Source: Macrostomum hystrix (Eukaryota; Animalia; Platyhelminthes). From it: a stretch of DNA of 64,000 bases. The notes beneath the pieces are model-generated. The model worked only from the letters and a program-made list of their open reading frames with translations. It made no database searches and was not told the DNA's origin. The stretch is taken from positions 3,162,001 to 3,226,000 of the forward strand of contig CATNEN010000008.1 in NCBI GenBank assembly GCA_950097015.1, given 5' to 3'. Both the position numbers and the translations under genes were made by a program. Below are positions 1-12,099 of the stretch, one piece after another (position 1 is the stretch's first letter; every line of letters begins with the position of its first letter).

Positions 1-225
1 CGAACAATACCTGCCACTTTCTCTATGTATTTATTTCTAATTGGAACATAAACGGACTAATCGCATCTAAAGAGAATATGAGAAGTTTCGTTCTCTACCT
101 CGACTCTACATTTTGGACATGTTCTGTTTTCATAGGCGATTTTCGGTCTTACAGTGCGCAATGTCTCACTGGCCAGTTTGTGGTCTCCTAGACGAAATCG
201 GGACATTGTGCGCCTGCAGCACCGC
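1..225 (-). mobile_element. LINE 3' fragment, same family as 19473-20230
   Basis: Near-identical to 19588-19799. Confidence 0.7.
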
Positions 226-367
226 ATAGGGCGTTACAATGCAAAGGTTCTATTAGATGTAATTTTTCCAGATCGATTTTATTAAAAAGTTTTAAGTGAC
301 GATGCAGAAAAAAATACCACGAAAAGTTAGCAGCAAATCTCTGCTAGCTTCTTCAGCTTGGCGCAGA

Positions 368-3300
368 TCAGCACACGTACACGCCGTGGGTGGCGTTCTC
401 AAGATTGCAGTCGGAGTTCTCATACTCTGCACCTCTCGCTGTCTGCTGACTCAGGGCCTGAACCTGAAGCTCCGTTTCTCTACTGCGGCTCTGCTGTTGA
501 TTAAGTGAAAATCTCATGTACAAAATGCTCAGCTACATTCTAACACAAGCATGGTCCGGGCCAGAGAAAACACGTACCAAGCCGATGTGCTCCGACTGGT
601 CCGAACGCACAACCCCTCGGCAACAGCGGGGAAGAGCAAGACTGATAACACCGAGCTGCAAGCGAAAAAGCTCGACGAGTGAACTCACGCAAAGTGGTGG
701 ACATAGGTTCAAAGCGAAGAGGTGGACGTAGGTTCAATGCGAGGAGGCGGACGTAGGTTCAAGGCGAAGAGGTGGACGTAGGTTCAATGCGTGGAGGCGG
801 ACGTAGGTTCAATGCGAGGAGGCGGACGTAGGTTCGAGGCGAGGAGGTGGACGTAGGTTCAAGGCGAAGAGGTGGACGTAGGTTCAATGCGAGGAGGCGG
901 ACGTAGGTTCGAGGCGAGGAGGCGGACGTAGGTTCAATGCGAGGAGGCGGACGTAGGTTCAAGGCGAATTGGTGGACTTGGTTCAATGCGAGGAGGCGGA
1001 CGTAGGTTCAAGGCGAGGAGGCGGACGTAGGTTCAATGCGAGGAGGTGGACGTAGGTTCAGTGCGAGGAGGCGGACGTAGGTTCAATGCGAGGAGGCGGA
1101 CGTAGGTTCAATGCGAGGAGGCGGACGTAGGTTCAATGCGAGGAGGCGGACGTAGGTTCGAGGCGAGGAGGCGGACGTAGGTTCAATGCGAGGAGGCGGA
1201 GGTAGGTTCAATGCGAGGAGGCGGACGTAGGTTCAATGCGAGGAGGCGGACGTAGGTTCAATGCGAGGAGGCGGACGTAGGTTCAATGCGAGGAGGCGGA
1301 CGTGGGTTCGAGGCGAGGAGGTGGACGTAGGTTCAATGCGAGGAGGCGGACGTAGGTTCAAGGCGAAGAGGTGGACGTAGGTTCAAGGCGAAGAGGTGGA
1401 CGTAGGTTCAAGGCGAAGAGGTGGACGTAGGTTCAAGGCGAAGAGGTGGACGTAGGTTCAAGGCGAAGAGGTGGACGTAGGTTCAAGGCGAAGAGGTGGA
1501 CGTAGGTTCAAGGCGAAGAGGTGGACGTAGGTTCAAGGCGAAGAGGTGGACGTAGGTTCAAGGCGAAGAGGTGGACGTAGGTTCAAGGCGAAGAGGTGGA
1601 CGTAGGTTCAAGGCGAAGAGGTGGACGTAGGTTCAAGGCGAAGAGGTGGACTTATTTCAATGCAACAACACTCACCCAGATCAGTGCTGCCAACACACTA
1701 CCTATCAAAATGACTGCCGAAGAGAAGCCCCAGAAGAAGGACATCCTGAGCCTGCTCTTTGGAGTTGATCTAATCGTAGATTCACAAGTTCGCCCTGTTT
1801 GTAAGGTTTGTCCTGTCAGATTTTTTTGTTCAGATAACAAAAAAGTTGGACCTGTGGGTCGTGGGTCTGTGGGTTTGAATAATAAACTCAATAAATCGAA
1901 GCGAAATACTCGTAGAAGGCGACATCTATAAGACGAAAGGAAACCTCAATGAGTATAACTAGCAAGTTGAACTCACTACAGAACGACGAAGTGTTCTTTT
2001 AAGTTTACACAAACTGAAATTGGTTCTCATTTGTGTCCGCTCATTTTTAAATTGGTTCCCTTTCGATAAATGTTTTTTGGGAAATTGTCCTTTCGTAATC
2101 CCTTTAGATTAAATGTTTTACCTTGGACTCAGTTTTTTCGTAATTTAGTTTTCCTTGATATCCTTAATCACAACATCTATTATCCCTTGGATATCCCATT
2201 CCGCTCACTGATCTCTCATTCTCTCTCCCTTCCCCCGTTCTGATTGGTCCCCAACTGCTAAATATATTTTTCACTCACCCACTGTCTAGCCCCACCCCAC
2301 TGCCCCACTGGTGGTTTGTGAACCACCAGTCTTAAAAGTGCAATGCTGGGCCTGCTGCTTCCAGTATGCGCTCCTTTAAACAAGGGCTTTTTCAAACCAG
2401 CAAGCAAGTATTTTGATGTGATTTTACTCTCTTGTTTTCTCTACATCTCGAGTTCCCATTCTACAGGTTAGAATGGGATTTCCTAATTGTCATAAATCAG
2501 TTTTATGCAGCATTAGGCATGGAATCAAGATAAACCTAACATATTTCGAACTAGCCGAGTTTTATCTGCAGCCTGAGATCGGCAAAGCTCATGACGTCAT
2601 CATCACTGGTTTCCGGCACTTTGTTCAACACAAACTTCCTCAGCAGCAGGATGCGAGCCTTTTCTGTCTGTAGTGAAATGAAGCATCAATCATCAGTGTT
2701 TACATCAATCAATCATCAGTGTTTACATCAATCAATAATCAGTGTTTACATCAATCAATCATCAATCATTACAGTCGGCACTCACAAACAATAAGCAAAA
2801 GTCCAACATACCATGGGAGGATTGTCACATGACACAGTAATGTTCTCTCCAGCACTGATGCCACCCGGTGTTCTGTTCACAGCACCACAGAATCTCCAGT
2901 CGAACTTCGGATCCTTAAACTGGCTGCTCATCTGCCGTGCATTGCAATGGTCTGTTTGGAACACTTCATCCGATTTCGATGTCCAAATTTCTACACCAAT
3001 TAGTCTGTTGTAGTAGAAAGCACTGTAGTCTGGAAAACATCAAGAGGTTATCTTCTCAGAGATAAAATGTTCATTCATGTGGTCACATTTAGTGCGAAAA
3101 AGTAACACTGCAGTTGCTTAGCAACCGTGATAGAATATAGGGATAGTTGAAATTGGCAAGGAGCTGATCTTTGACTGTGTTTTAACAAACGACACTCACC
3201 CTCTAGGCCCTTTAATGTGACAGATAATATGAGCACTGGCTCACTCAGCTGCACTGCAAACCAGTGAAATCCCTCGTCTGATTCATTTTTGCCAGCGCTG

Positions 3301-3592
3301 TGAAAGAACCTGTAGCTGATGCTTTTACTGCTCAAAACAGACTCCTCGTCAGCCTGGCTTCTGTTGTTAAAGCAAGTTTGACCATCACCGAATGACGACT
3401 GCCATGAGTTGAGCACTCGGCTTCTTCGAATGGGGAGCTCAGCTGAAAATGGCAGCGCTATCACGTCGGTAAAAGGCTTGACAAAGATTACACAAAGATT
3501 ACACAACGATTACACAACGAAAACTTACATTTGTCACTCGCTTTTGCAAGCAAAATAAGGAAAAAATAAATAAGTGAGTTTTTAAAGCTCAT
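368..3592 (-). CDS. G1: F-type-lectin-like single-pass receptor with class A tail (SP-FTLD-TM-EYENS/GVYVC)
   Basis: Manually spliced exons (minus): 3592-3529 SP MSFKNSLIYFFLILLAKASDK; 3442-3200, 3029-2812 and 2667-2556 FTLD; 1794-1676 plus 655-578 TM SAVILIGSVLAALIW|LGVISLAL followed by PRCCR; 493-368 tail QSRSRETELQVQALSQQTARGAEYENSDCNLENATHGVYVC*. Phases are consistent. The donor after 2556 is GC rather than GT. Confidence 0.8.
697..1651. repeat. 25-bp minisatellite GGCGAAGAGGTGGACGTAGGTTCAA in the intron splitting the G1 TM
   Basis: Direct tandem units with two variant classes. Confidence 0.95.
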
Positions 3593-3647
3593 TTTAAAGA
3601 CTTATTTGACACACGCAAATGATTTCTTCCGTAAATTAATGGCAATT
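1807..3647 (-). repeat. Left arm of a ~1.84-kb inverted duplication (partner 5482-7331)
   Basis: Reads as the reverse complement of 5482-7331 along its length; the ORF track shows mirrored, near-identical ORFs (e.g. 3075..3506- and 5632..6063+). Confidence 0.92.
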
Positions 3648-4599
3648 TAAAATGGCAGCAGCAGCAGACTGGGGATGTTGAGCATTCAGCTGGAGTTGGC
3701 TGAGAACAGCTGATGAGTCTGTCCAGTAGATCGATTGGAAACAATTCTGCTTCACAATAATTTTAGGCTAGCGATAGCTTTGCTTAATAAGATGGCGCAG
3801 TAGATCTCTGTTATTCGGTATTAATATTTATGCTCGTATTTATAATTTCATGCGCGTCCCAGCTATTATAGGAATAGCAGATCGAAATCTTCAAGGGCTA
3901 GGGCCAATTTGGCTGTGAAGCTTTCAAAACCTGTACGTTTATCTTCCTGTGCTTTCTGTGGTGTAGAAATTTGGTGAATTTTAATTAAGTTCAGATTTTT
4001 CTAGACAGAACTTCAGTGCGACCTAAATTTTCTGCATTAGTCAGATCAGCAAATTTTTAGCTTTGAAAATTCAAATTGTCGCATTGACCGACGTGTCTCA
4101 GCCGCAACCCAGCCGCATCACTTTTTACAATCACTTGTACCACATGCAAAATCCGTCTTTCCTAATAGATTTTGACTAGATTTCATTGTACCACACGTTA
4201 AATTATCATCATATTGCTAAATATGTCACTTTTGAAGGCATCAAATTTCGGGATTTAAAAAAATCGGTGCTGCTGGCATTGGCTGATCACCGGCGCCCTC
4301 GCTTCTGACTAGATTATTGCACCGTTTTTAGCAAAAAATCATCGTCTGAAGTTTTAATGAAGTCATTCACGGCAGCAAATGGTCTTCTCTCTCCGAAAAT
4401 AGAATACATACGGCCTGTACCACATTTGTACCACCTCAAGCACATATTTTTATACAACCCTGTGCAAAATTAAGCATTTTGATCAAATGGTTTGAAAGTT
4501 ATAGACAAAATCCTTCGTTCAAATCTCGAAGGGGACAGTCGATACCCACGCCATAGAAGTTAGCAAAAAGTGTGGCTACCCAATAATATTTCTTAGGAA

Positions 4600-5240
4600 G
4601 TTGGCAGGATTCCGAACAGTCAGATTTAAACAGCTAATGCTGTCCTGCACAGACATCGAAAGCTTAGTCCTGTATGCCTCAGAGGTCTGGGCGCCTTTGT
4701 TTCCTGGAACTTGGGACCCTGGGATCGATAAAAACTAAATACTAATACTACAATTCAGTCAAAATACTGACAGCAATGGGGCCCGATCAGAAACTGGTAG
4801 ACTGCCTCTATTGCATGATATACAGAAAAGAAGCTTCCAGTTCTGGTCATCCCTATCTCATCGCCCTCCATTCTATCCTGGCTATTCGGGCTTCATTATA
4901 TCTAAGCTTATACGGGACCCGGAATACAGCGAAATAGGCATTGCAACAAAAATGAGTAGTGTTGTACTGCGAAACTGTTCTCTGAGCTCAAAGACAAAGT
5001 CTGTTAAAATTCACAGGGAAAACTTTCAATGCGATTTCCTGGGACACTGGAGACAGAGGGTCAAAATTCTGGCCATGCGTTCTGTTCGCCCGAAAATCCC
5101 TTATGAAAGCAGAATTTGCCCGAAGTGCAAAGTCGGGTTCGAAAATAAAGTACATTTTCTTTTCCGGTGGAACTGGGATCCTTATAAGGCGGTCAGGGAA
5201 AATTTCGTGGGAGAAATTTTATCCATAGTAAAGAACTTTT
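4600..5240 (+). mobile_element. LINE 3' fragment in the spacer between G1 and G2
   Basis: ORF 4811..5335 RSVRPKIPYESRICPKCKVGFENKVHFLFRW is homologous to the 19473-20230 copy. Confidence 0.7.
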
Positions 5241-5481
5241 GTGGTCTCGCAGCAATACAAGCGATACAAGCGATACCCCCAGAACAGTGCAGCACAATGC
5301 CTGTGCATAAGCTTGTGCTGTGCACAACCACCTAGGCGACCGTTCATTGGACTGTACAGCTTTTAAAAATTCATGTTGGCCAGCAGGAAATAACTTTTCA
5401 AACGGTGGGTTTATTATCTAGGCCTGGAGGCGTTGACTAAAAATGAACACGTAATTAACTGCGTTTCAAGATTTCCATTAG

Positions 5482-7331
5482 TTGCTATTAATTTACGGAA
5501 GAAATCATTTGCTTGTGTCAAATAAGTCTTTAAAATGAGCTTTACAAACTCACTTATTTATTTTTTCCTTATTTTGCTTGCAAAAGCGAGTGACAAATGT
5601 AAGTTTTCGTTGTGTAATCGTTGTGTAATCTTTGTGTAATCTTTGTGTAATCTTTGTCAAGCCTTTTACCGACGTGATAGCGCTGCCATTTTCAGCTGAG
5701 CTCCCCATTCGAAGAAGCCGAGTGCTCAACTCATGGCAGTCGTCATTCGGTGATGGTCAAACTTGCTTTAACAACAGAAGCCAGGCTGACGAGGAGTCTG
5801 TTTTGAGCAGTAAAAGCATCAGCTACAGGTTCTTTCACAGCGCTGGCAAAAATGAATCAGACGAGGGATTTCACTGGTTTGCAGTGCAGCTGAGTGAGCC
5901 AGTGCTCATATTATCTGTCACATTAAAGGGCCGAGAGGGTGAGTGTTGTTTGTTAAAACACAGTCAAAGATCAGCTCCTTGCCAATTTCAACTATCCCTA
6001 TATTCTATCACGGTTGCTAAGCAACTGCAGTGTTACTTTTTCGCACTAAATGTGACCACATGAATGAACATTTTATCTCTGAGAAGATAACCTCTTGATG
6101 TTTTCCAGATGACACTACAGCTTTCCAATACAACAGACTAATTGGGGTAGAAATTTGGACATCGAAATCGGATGAAGTGTTCCAAACAGACCATTGCAAT
6201 GCACGGCAGATGAGCAGCCAGTTTAAGGATCCGAAGCTCGACTGGAGATTCTGTGGTGCTGTGAACAGAACACTGGGTGGCATCAGTGATGGAGAGAACA
6301 TTACTGTGTCATGTGACAATCCTCCCATGGTATGTTGGACTTTTGCTTATTGTTTGTGAGTGCTGACTGTAATGATTGATGATTGATTGATGTAAACACT
6401 GATTATTGATTGATGTAAACACTGATGATTGATTGATGTAAACACTGATGATTGATGCTTCATTTCACTACAGGCAGAAAAGTCTCGCATCCTGCTGCTG
6501 AGGAAGTTTGTGTTGAACAAAGTGCCGGAAACCAGTGATGATGACGTCATGAGCTTTGCCGATCTCAGGCTGCAGATAAAACTCGGTTAGTTCGAAATAT
6601 GTTAGGTTTATCTTAATTCCATGCCTAATGCTGCATAAAACTGATTTATGAAAATTAGGAAATCCCATTCTGACCTGTAATAGAACTCAAGGTGTAGAGA
6701 AAACAAGAGTGTAAAATCACATAAAAAAACTTGCTTGCTGGTTTGAAAAAGCCCTTGTTTAAAGGAGCGCATACTGGAAGCAGCAGCTAGCAGGCCCAGC
6801 ATTGCACTTTTAAGACTGGTGGTTCACAAACACTCCTGGGGTGGCGTTAGACAGTGGGTGAGTGAAAAATATATTTAGCAGTTGGGGACCAATCAGAACG
6901 GGGGAAGGGAGAGAGAATGAGAGATCAGTGAGCGGAATGGGATATCCAAGGGATAATAGATGTTGTGATTAAGGATATCAAGGAAAACTAAATTACGAAA
7001 AAACGAAATCCAAGGTAAAACATTTAATCTAAAGGGATTACGAAAGGACGATTTCCAAAAAAACATTTATCGAAAGGGAACCAATTTAAAAATAAGTGGA
7101 CACAAATGAGAACCAATTTCAGTTTGTGTAAACTTAAAAGAACACTTCGTCGTTCTGTAGTGAGTTCAACTTGCTAGTTATACTCATTGAGGTTTCCTTT
7201 CGTCTTATAGATGTCGCCTTCTACGAGTATTTCGCTTCGATTTATTGAGTTTTATTATTCAAACCCACAGACCCACGACCCACAGGTCCAACTTTTTTGT
7301 TATCTGAACAAAAAAATCTGACAGGACAAAC
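5482..7331 (+). repeat. Right arm of the inverted duplication (partner 1807-3647)
   Basis: As for the left arm. Identity stops just upstream of the two different TM-exon acceptors. Confidence 0.92.
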
Positions 7332-7965
7332 CCTGACGTCAAATACGTGCACCTTCCAAGGGCGACTAACCAGCTGCTCAGCACTCGTCTTCATCGCGAG
7401 TACGCTGGTCTTGTGCATTCTGATCATCGCTTTCATCTGTGGATTTCTGCTGGTTCGTTTTTTTTAACTTTTGCTCGGTGATTTTGTTTTACTGCTTCTG
7501 TTGGAGCAACTTTCAAGCCGATGTGTCCTCAAACATTTCAGCTCAAACTAAAGCCCAACTGTGCTCGACAAAGTCCCGACTACCGGCTGAAACGGCGAAT
7601 GCCATCAAGCAGGATCTCCCAAGCTCCAATTGCTATCAAGGCACCTGTAGTGCCTCAGGTAAATTTTGCAAGTTGTCAGTTCGTGTTGTCAAAGGTTGTC
7701 AAATTCGACGGGCATGCACCTTGATTATGACAATTACCTGAAAATGTAATTCTGTCAGATTTCTTTTGCAAAGCAAATGTTTTGTAAGCCAACCTGCCTA
7801 CCATACCATCAGCAGCAGGTGGAGGCAGAGCTGTTGCCCAGCAACCCAGGTGAGTCCGAATGCAGCTACATGTCGCTGAGTTTAAGTAAAGCAGCCCCCA
7901 ACAATGACCTGGAGGAGGACTGCGCCAGCGACTGCACCGTCTACATCGAAATTGTACGTGGCTGA
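5535..7965 (+). CDS. G2: F-type-lectin-like single-pass receptor with class B ITIM/ITSM-like tail
   Basis: Exons: 5535-5598 SP MSFTNSLIYFFLILLAKASDK; 5696-5938, 6109-6329 and 6474-6585 FTLD; 7361-7452 TM SALVFIASTLVLCILIIAFICGFLL; 7542-7658; about 7819-7965 tail ...SECSYMSL...SDCTVYIEIVRG*. All GT-AG, open frame. Confidence 0.85.
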
Positions 7966-9779
7966 TCTCAAGTCTGCTCTAATACGAGTCGAGACATTTG
8001 AGTTTAAAATTATTACAGTCGTTCTTACAAGCCAGATAGCATCAAGTTAAGACAGTTATTTCAGTCATGGCCGCAAACTGTGCCTGCCTACTCTTGCACT
8101 TTCAAGCTGTTTTGACATGCGTCAATACTCAATCGATTTTGTCTTAAAAAGTTAATACTCTTGATCTTCATCTATCCGCTGCATGAATTTTGTTAAAATC
8201 GAGATTTTATATTTGATAAACATTCTGTCAACATGTTGGGAATGTTTAATAATAATGAAAAACATATACACACTGGCTCCAGCATTCCTGGAACATATTT
8301 GCTGGTTTCACAATTCAAAATTTGAAACCTCCTAATTATAGACATGCAGCACACATGCCTCCAGGTATTCTTGGCTTTATTATTTAGAAGTCTGGAACGC
8401 CTGAAATAAATCAAGGTTGGTTCTGATGAATTTTGCTTTCACCAGATAAACCGGAAGCCATCACAGCAACAGTTGCAGGCGCTTGGTGCCATTCTCAAAT
8501 TCCAGCAGATTATGAACATGTATAAACACGATGTGTGGATTATTACTAAATGTATTGCAATAATTTGACCTAAGTCACGTTATAAACTTTTGGCATTGCT
8601 TAACGTAAACTGCACGACAAGCCGCCAAACCTTCTCCCCGCTGCTGCGTCCAAAATTAATGTGCCCCGCCGCAGAATAGAGCTCAAGGACCATCATGCGA
8701 GAGGCAAACCCGTTAGTCCGCTTCTCCACTCACCCCCTCGACATAGACTTGCAAAAGATGGAAAGTTTTTCTAAAACATTTTCTCTTCAGGTGAGTTTCC
8801 CATTCGCCAGGGTCGAGTGCTGAGTTCGTGGCAGTCATGGGACTTGACGGCCAGCTCTGCTTCCATAACAAGTCGAGTTACTCAGAGAACGCAGACTCAA
8901 ACAGCGTAAGGTTCAGCTTGAGATTTTTTCACAGCTCTAACAGCAGCCAAGTAGATGGTGGATTTCACTGGTTCGGAGTGCAGCTGAATGAGTCACTGTG
9001 AAGGGCAGAGAAGGTAGGCAGTAAAGTGCAGAATATGCAAGTAGGTCTACGTACACCGCTTCAACTCACTGCCGTCACATTTCAGAAGGCAGAGCGGAAG
9101 GCATTGAGATCTGGGCATCAGACAGCCGTGAAATATTTTCAGGCCATCACTGCAGATCGAGCAACATTAGCAGACAGTTTGAGGAGTCTCGGTTGCTATG
9201 GAGACGGTGCGGCACTACACAGAGAGAACATCAGGAAATTTTGGCTGGTGAAGTCTTCACTGTGGAATGCACCGCTAGTGTGAGAGCTTTAATAAAGTAC
9301 TCGCCTATTCACACACCGCATATACCAGCTGAAATTATGGAATTCGTTGAATAACCCGCAGGTCCGCCAGCTGCTACTCCGCAAGGACGTCACCCGAGCT
9401 AATGCTAACAGCTTCCTGGAATTCGCGGATCTCAGACTTCAGACATTGCAACTAAGTAAAGCTCTTATTTCACTTACGAAATGAGGCCTTAACAGTAGAT
9501 CACACAATTTTAAATGGTATTTCAAATACCCACAGATCACTTCACGATGGCCACAAAACCGAATGAAAATCCACCATCTGGATCAAACTTTTCCGCTCTA
9601 TACGATGAACTAACTTTCAAAGCCGTCCGAGTCAAAAAGAAAAAAACTACCAGTAACAACATAATCAATACAATATTGGCAACAATAATAGCAGGCATGG
9701 TTAAATTGTTAAATGTTGAAATTTTGTGAGCAGAAAAATTATGCCTAATTGCCGCTTGTATTTGTGTCGGACTTGGCAC

Positions 9780-10690
9780 AGGAAAATAATTGAAGTGCTA
9801 CAAGAGCTTCAAACACGAGCTGATCCAGTTCTACAGTAGTAAGGCCATGTCAGAGTTCGAGAGCCGGAAGCGACGGCAAGGAGAACCGCTGAGGGAACTG
9901 TGCTTCGCCCTCAAGCTACTGTACGCCCCGAACACAGTCAGGAGGTGAGAGCCTGCGAAGTAAGACACCGACTGCTGGCCCAACTGCCATAGGACAGTTG
10001 GAAGGTGCTGCTGAATGACTCCGATTGGAGCAAACGCAGCCCGGAACAGCTGGCGGACCGCGCTGCCGCACTGGAGGGCATCTGCGGCAAGGGAGTATCT
10101 ACAAGCGTCGCGGAAAAATCGGTTGGCAACCAAATGGTGGACCGGCTGGAGCAGATGGCTGTTCGACACCGGCGCGAACGGCGGGTCGTCACGGCCGCGC
10201 TGGAGGACACCCGGACCGGCTTGCAGCTCGTGAAGCAGCGCCTGTTGTCGAGCCAGCGATCCCGAAAGCAGCAATACGACAGGCGCCAGCACTTCAGCCC
10301 GTTCCGGATCGGCCAGCTGGTGATGCTCTGCAACCCGTCAATGCAGAAAGGCCAGTCCAAGGCGCTCCGTTAGCGGTGGCTCGGGCCTTTTCGCGTGTTG
10401 CAGAGGCTGGGCCAGGTCACCTACCGGATCTCCAAGCCCGCCGGCCGAGGCAGGAGCTCAGTGGTGAATCACGACCGACTGAAGGCATTCGTCCGCAGGA
10501 GGCCTCTGCCTACGGCCACGTCTCAGACCAGGCCCCGGCGGAAGTCAGCAGGCCGGCGAGTCCGGTTGCTGATCCGCACCAGGTCTGGGCACAGCTGCTG
10601 GACGAGCCGACTGCCGGGGGTCGGCATGGACCCTCGATTTTAAGGCATGGATCCCGTCTTCACTTGCCGCTTGCCTGTGAGGTGCGCTAG
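9780..10690 (+). mobile_element. Internally deleted Ty3/Gypsy LTR-retrotransposon remnant (gag fragment joined to integrase C-terminus)
   Basis: Gag-like ...KAMSEFESRKRRQGEPLRELCFALKLLY...; integrase tail QRSRKQQYDRR...FRIGQLVML...*RWLGPFRVLQRLGQVTYRI...VNHDRLKAF (GPY/F motif) with stops and frameshifts. Confidence 0.8.
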
Positions 10691-10959
10691 CCAGGGAACT
10701 GTTGACTAATATGAATTTCACCTGTCATCCGACAAATTTCACAGGATGACGAAAGCGGTCTGATTCGGTGCAGACAAAATTTGATTCTATAGAAAAATTT
10801 AATCCAAGCAAACGATGACAAATAGTTGTAGATGAGACAAACAGCTGCTTCATTTAATTGTGTACATTGAATTGGAAAATACACTTCACCCTGTTTCTGT
10901 TTCTTCAAAATCTGTGATTCCATAGAAAAATCTCCCAAGCATAAAGAGCTGCTTATATA

Positions 10960-11741
10960 CCTGACACTACCTGACACTACCTGACACTACCTGACGCTAC
11001 CTGACGCTACCGGACACTACCTGACACTACCTGACACTACCTGACACTACCTGACACTACCTGACACTACCTGACACTACCGGACACTACCGGACACTAC
11101 CTGACACTACCTGACACTACCTGACACTACCTGACACTACCTGACACTACCTGACACTTCCTGACACTACCTGACACTACCGGACACTACCTGACACTAC
11201 CTGACACTACCTGACGCTACCGGACACTACCGGACACTACCTGACACTACCTGACACTACCTGACACTACCTGACACTACCTGACACTACCGGACACTAC
11301 CGGACACTAACTGACACTACCTGACACTACCTGACACTACCGGACACTACCGGACACTACCTGACACTACCTGACACTACCTGACACTACCTGACACTAC
11401 CTGACACTACCTGACACTACCGGACACTACCTGACACTACCGGACACTACCTGACACTACCGGACACTACCGGACACTACCTGACACTACCTGACACTAC
11501 CTGTTCATCTACCAACTGCCTGACCATCTACCAACTGCCTGACCATCTACCAACTGCCTGACCATCTACCAACTGCCTGACCATCTACCAACTGCCTGAC
11601 CATCTACCAACTGCCTGACCATCTACCAACTGCCTGACCATCTACCAACTGCCTGACCATCTACCAACTGCCTGACCATCTACCAACTGCCTGACCATCT
11701 ACCAACTGCCTGACCATCTACCAACTGCCTGACCATCTACT
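10960..11741. repeat. Adjacent 10-bp (CTGACACTAC) and 19-bp (TGACCATCTACCAACTGCC) arrays
   Basis: 10-mer about 10960-11503, 19-mer about 11506-11741. Confidence 0.95.
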
Positions 11742-12099
11742 CAATTGAGTTTCTTGAGCAACCATTTAGACGCCGCCCTTGACTTGCTAAAATATGTTTT
11801 GAATGAAACATTTTCCAGCGAACTAAAATAAAAAAAATTGTTTGTTTTTGTTTCAGTAACAATCATTTCTAACTATATACGAGCGTATTAGATCTATTTT
11901 AAAAAAGCTGGTTGACAGCTGCAAACTGTCTATCCCGGGTCTAGCTTGTCTCTAATTTTAGTTAGGTGAGTAATCAAAAAATTTATCAAAAATTTATTTA
12001 AAATATATATTTGTATTTGAAACGTATAAAACAGGTAGAATATAAAATGTTCTTTTTTGCAAGGAAGCATGACATTTTTTTATTAATATAACAGCAAGT

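Noticed and set aside
8068-8130. Signal-peptide exon for G3 (MAANCACLLLHFQAVLT)
   Set aside because: Lacks the phase-1 T|GT donor found in the six other SP exons; not supported.
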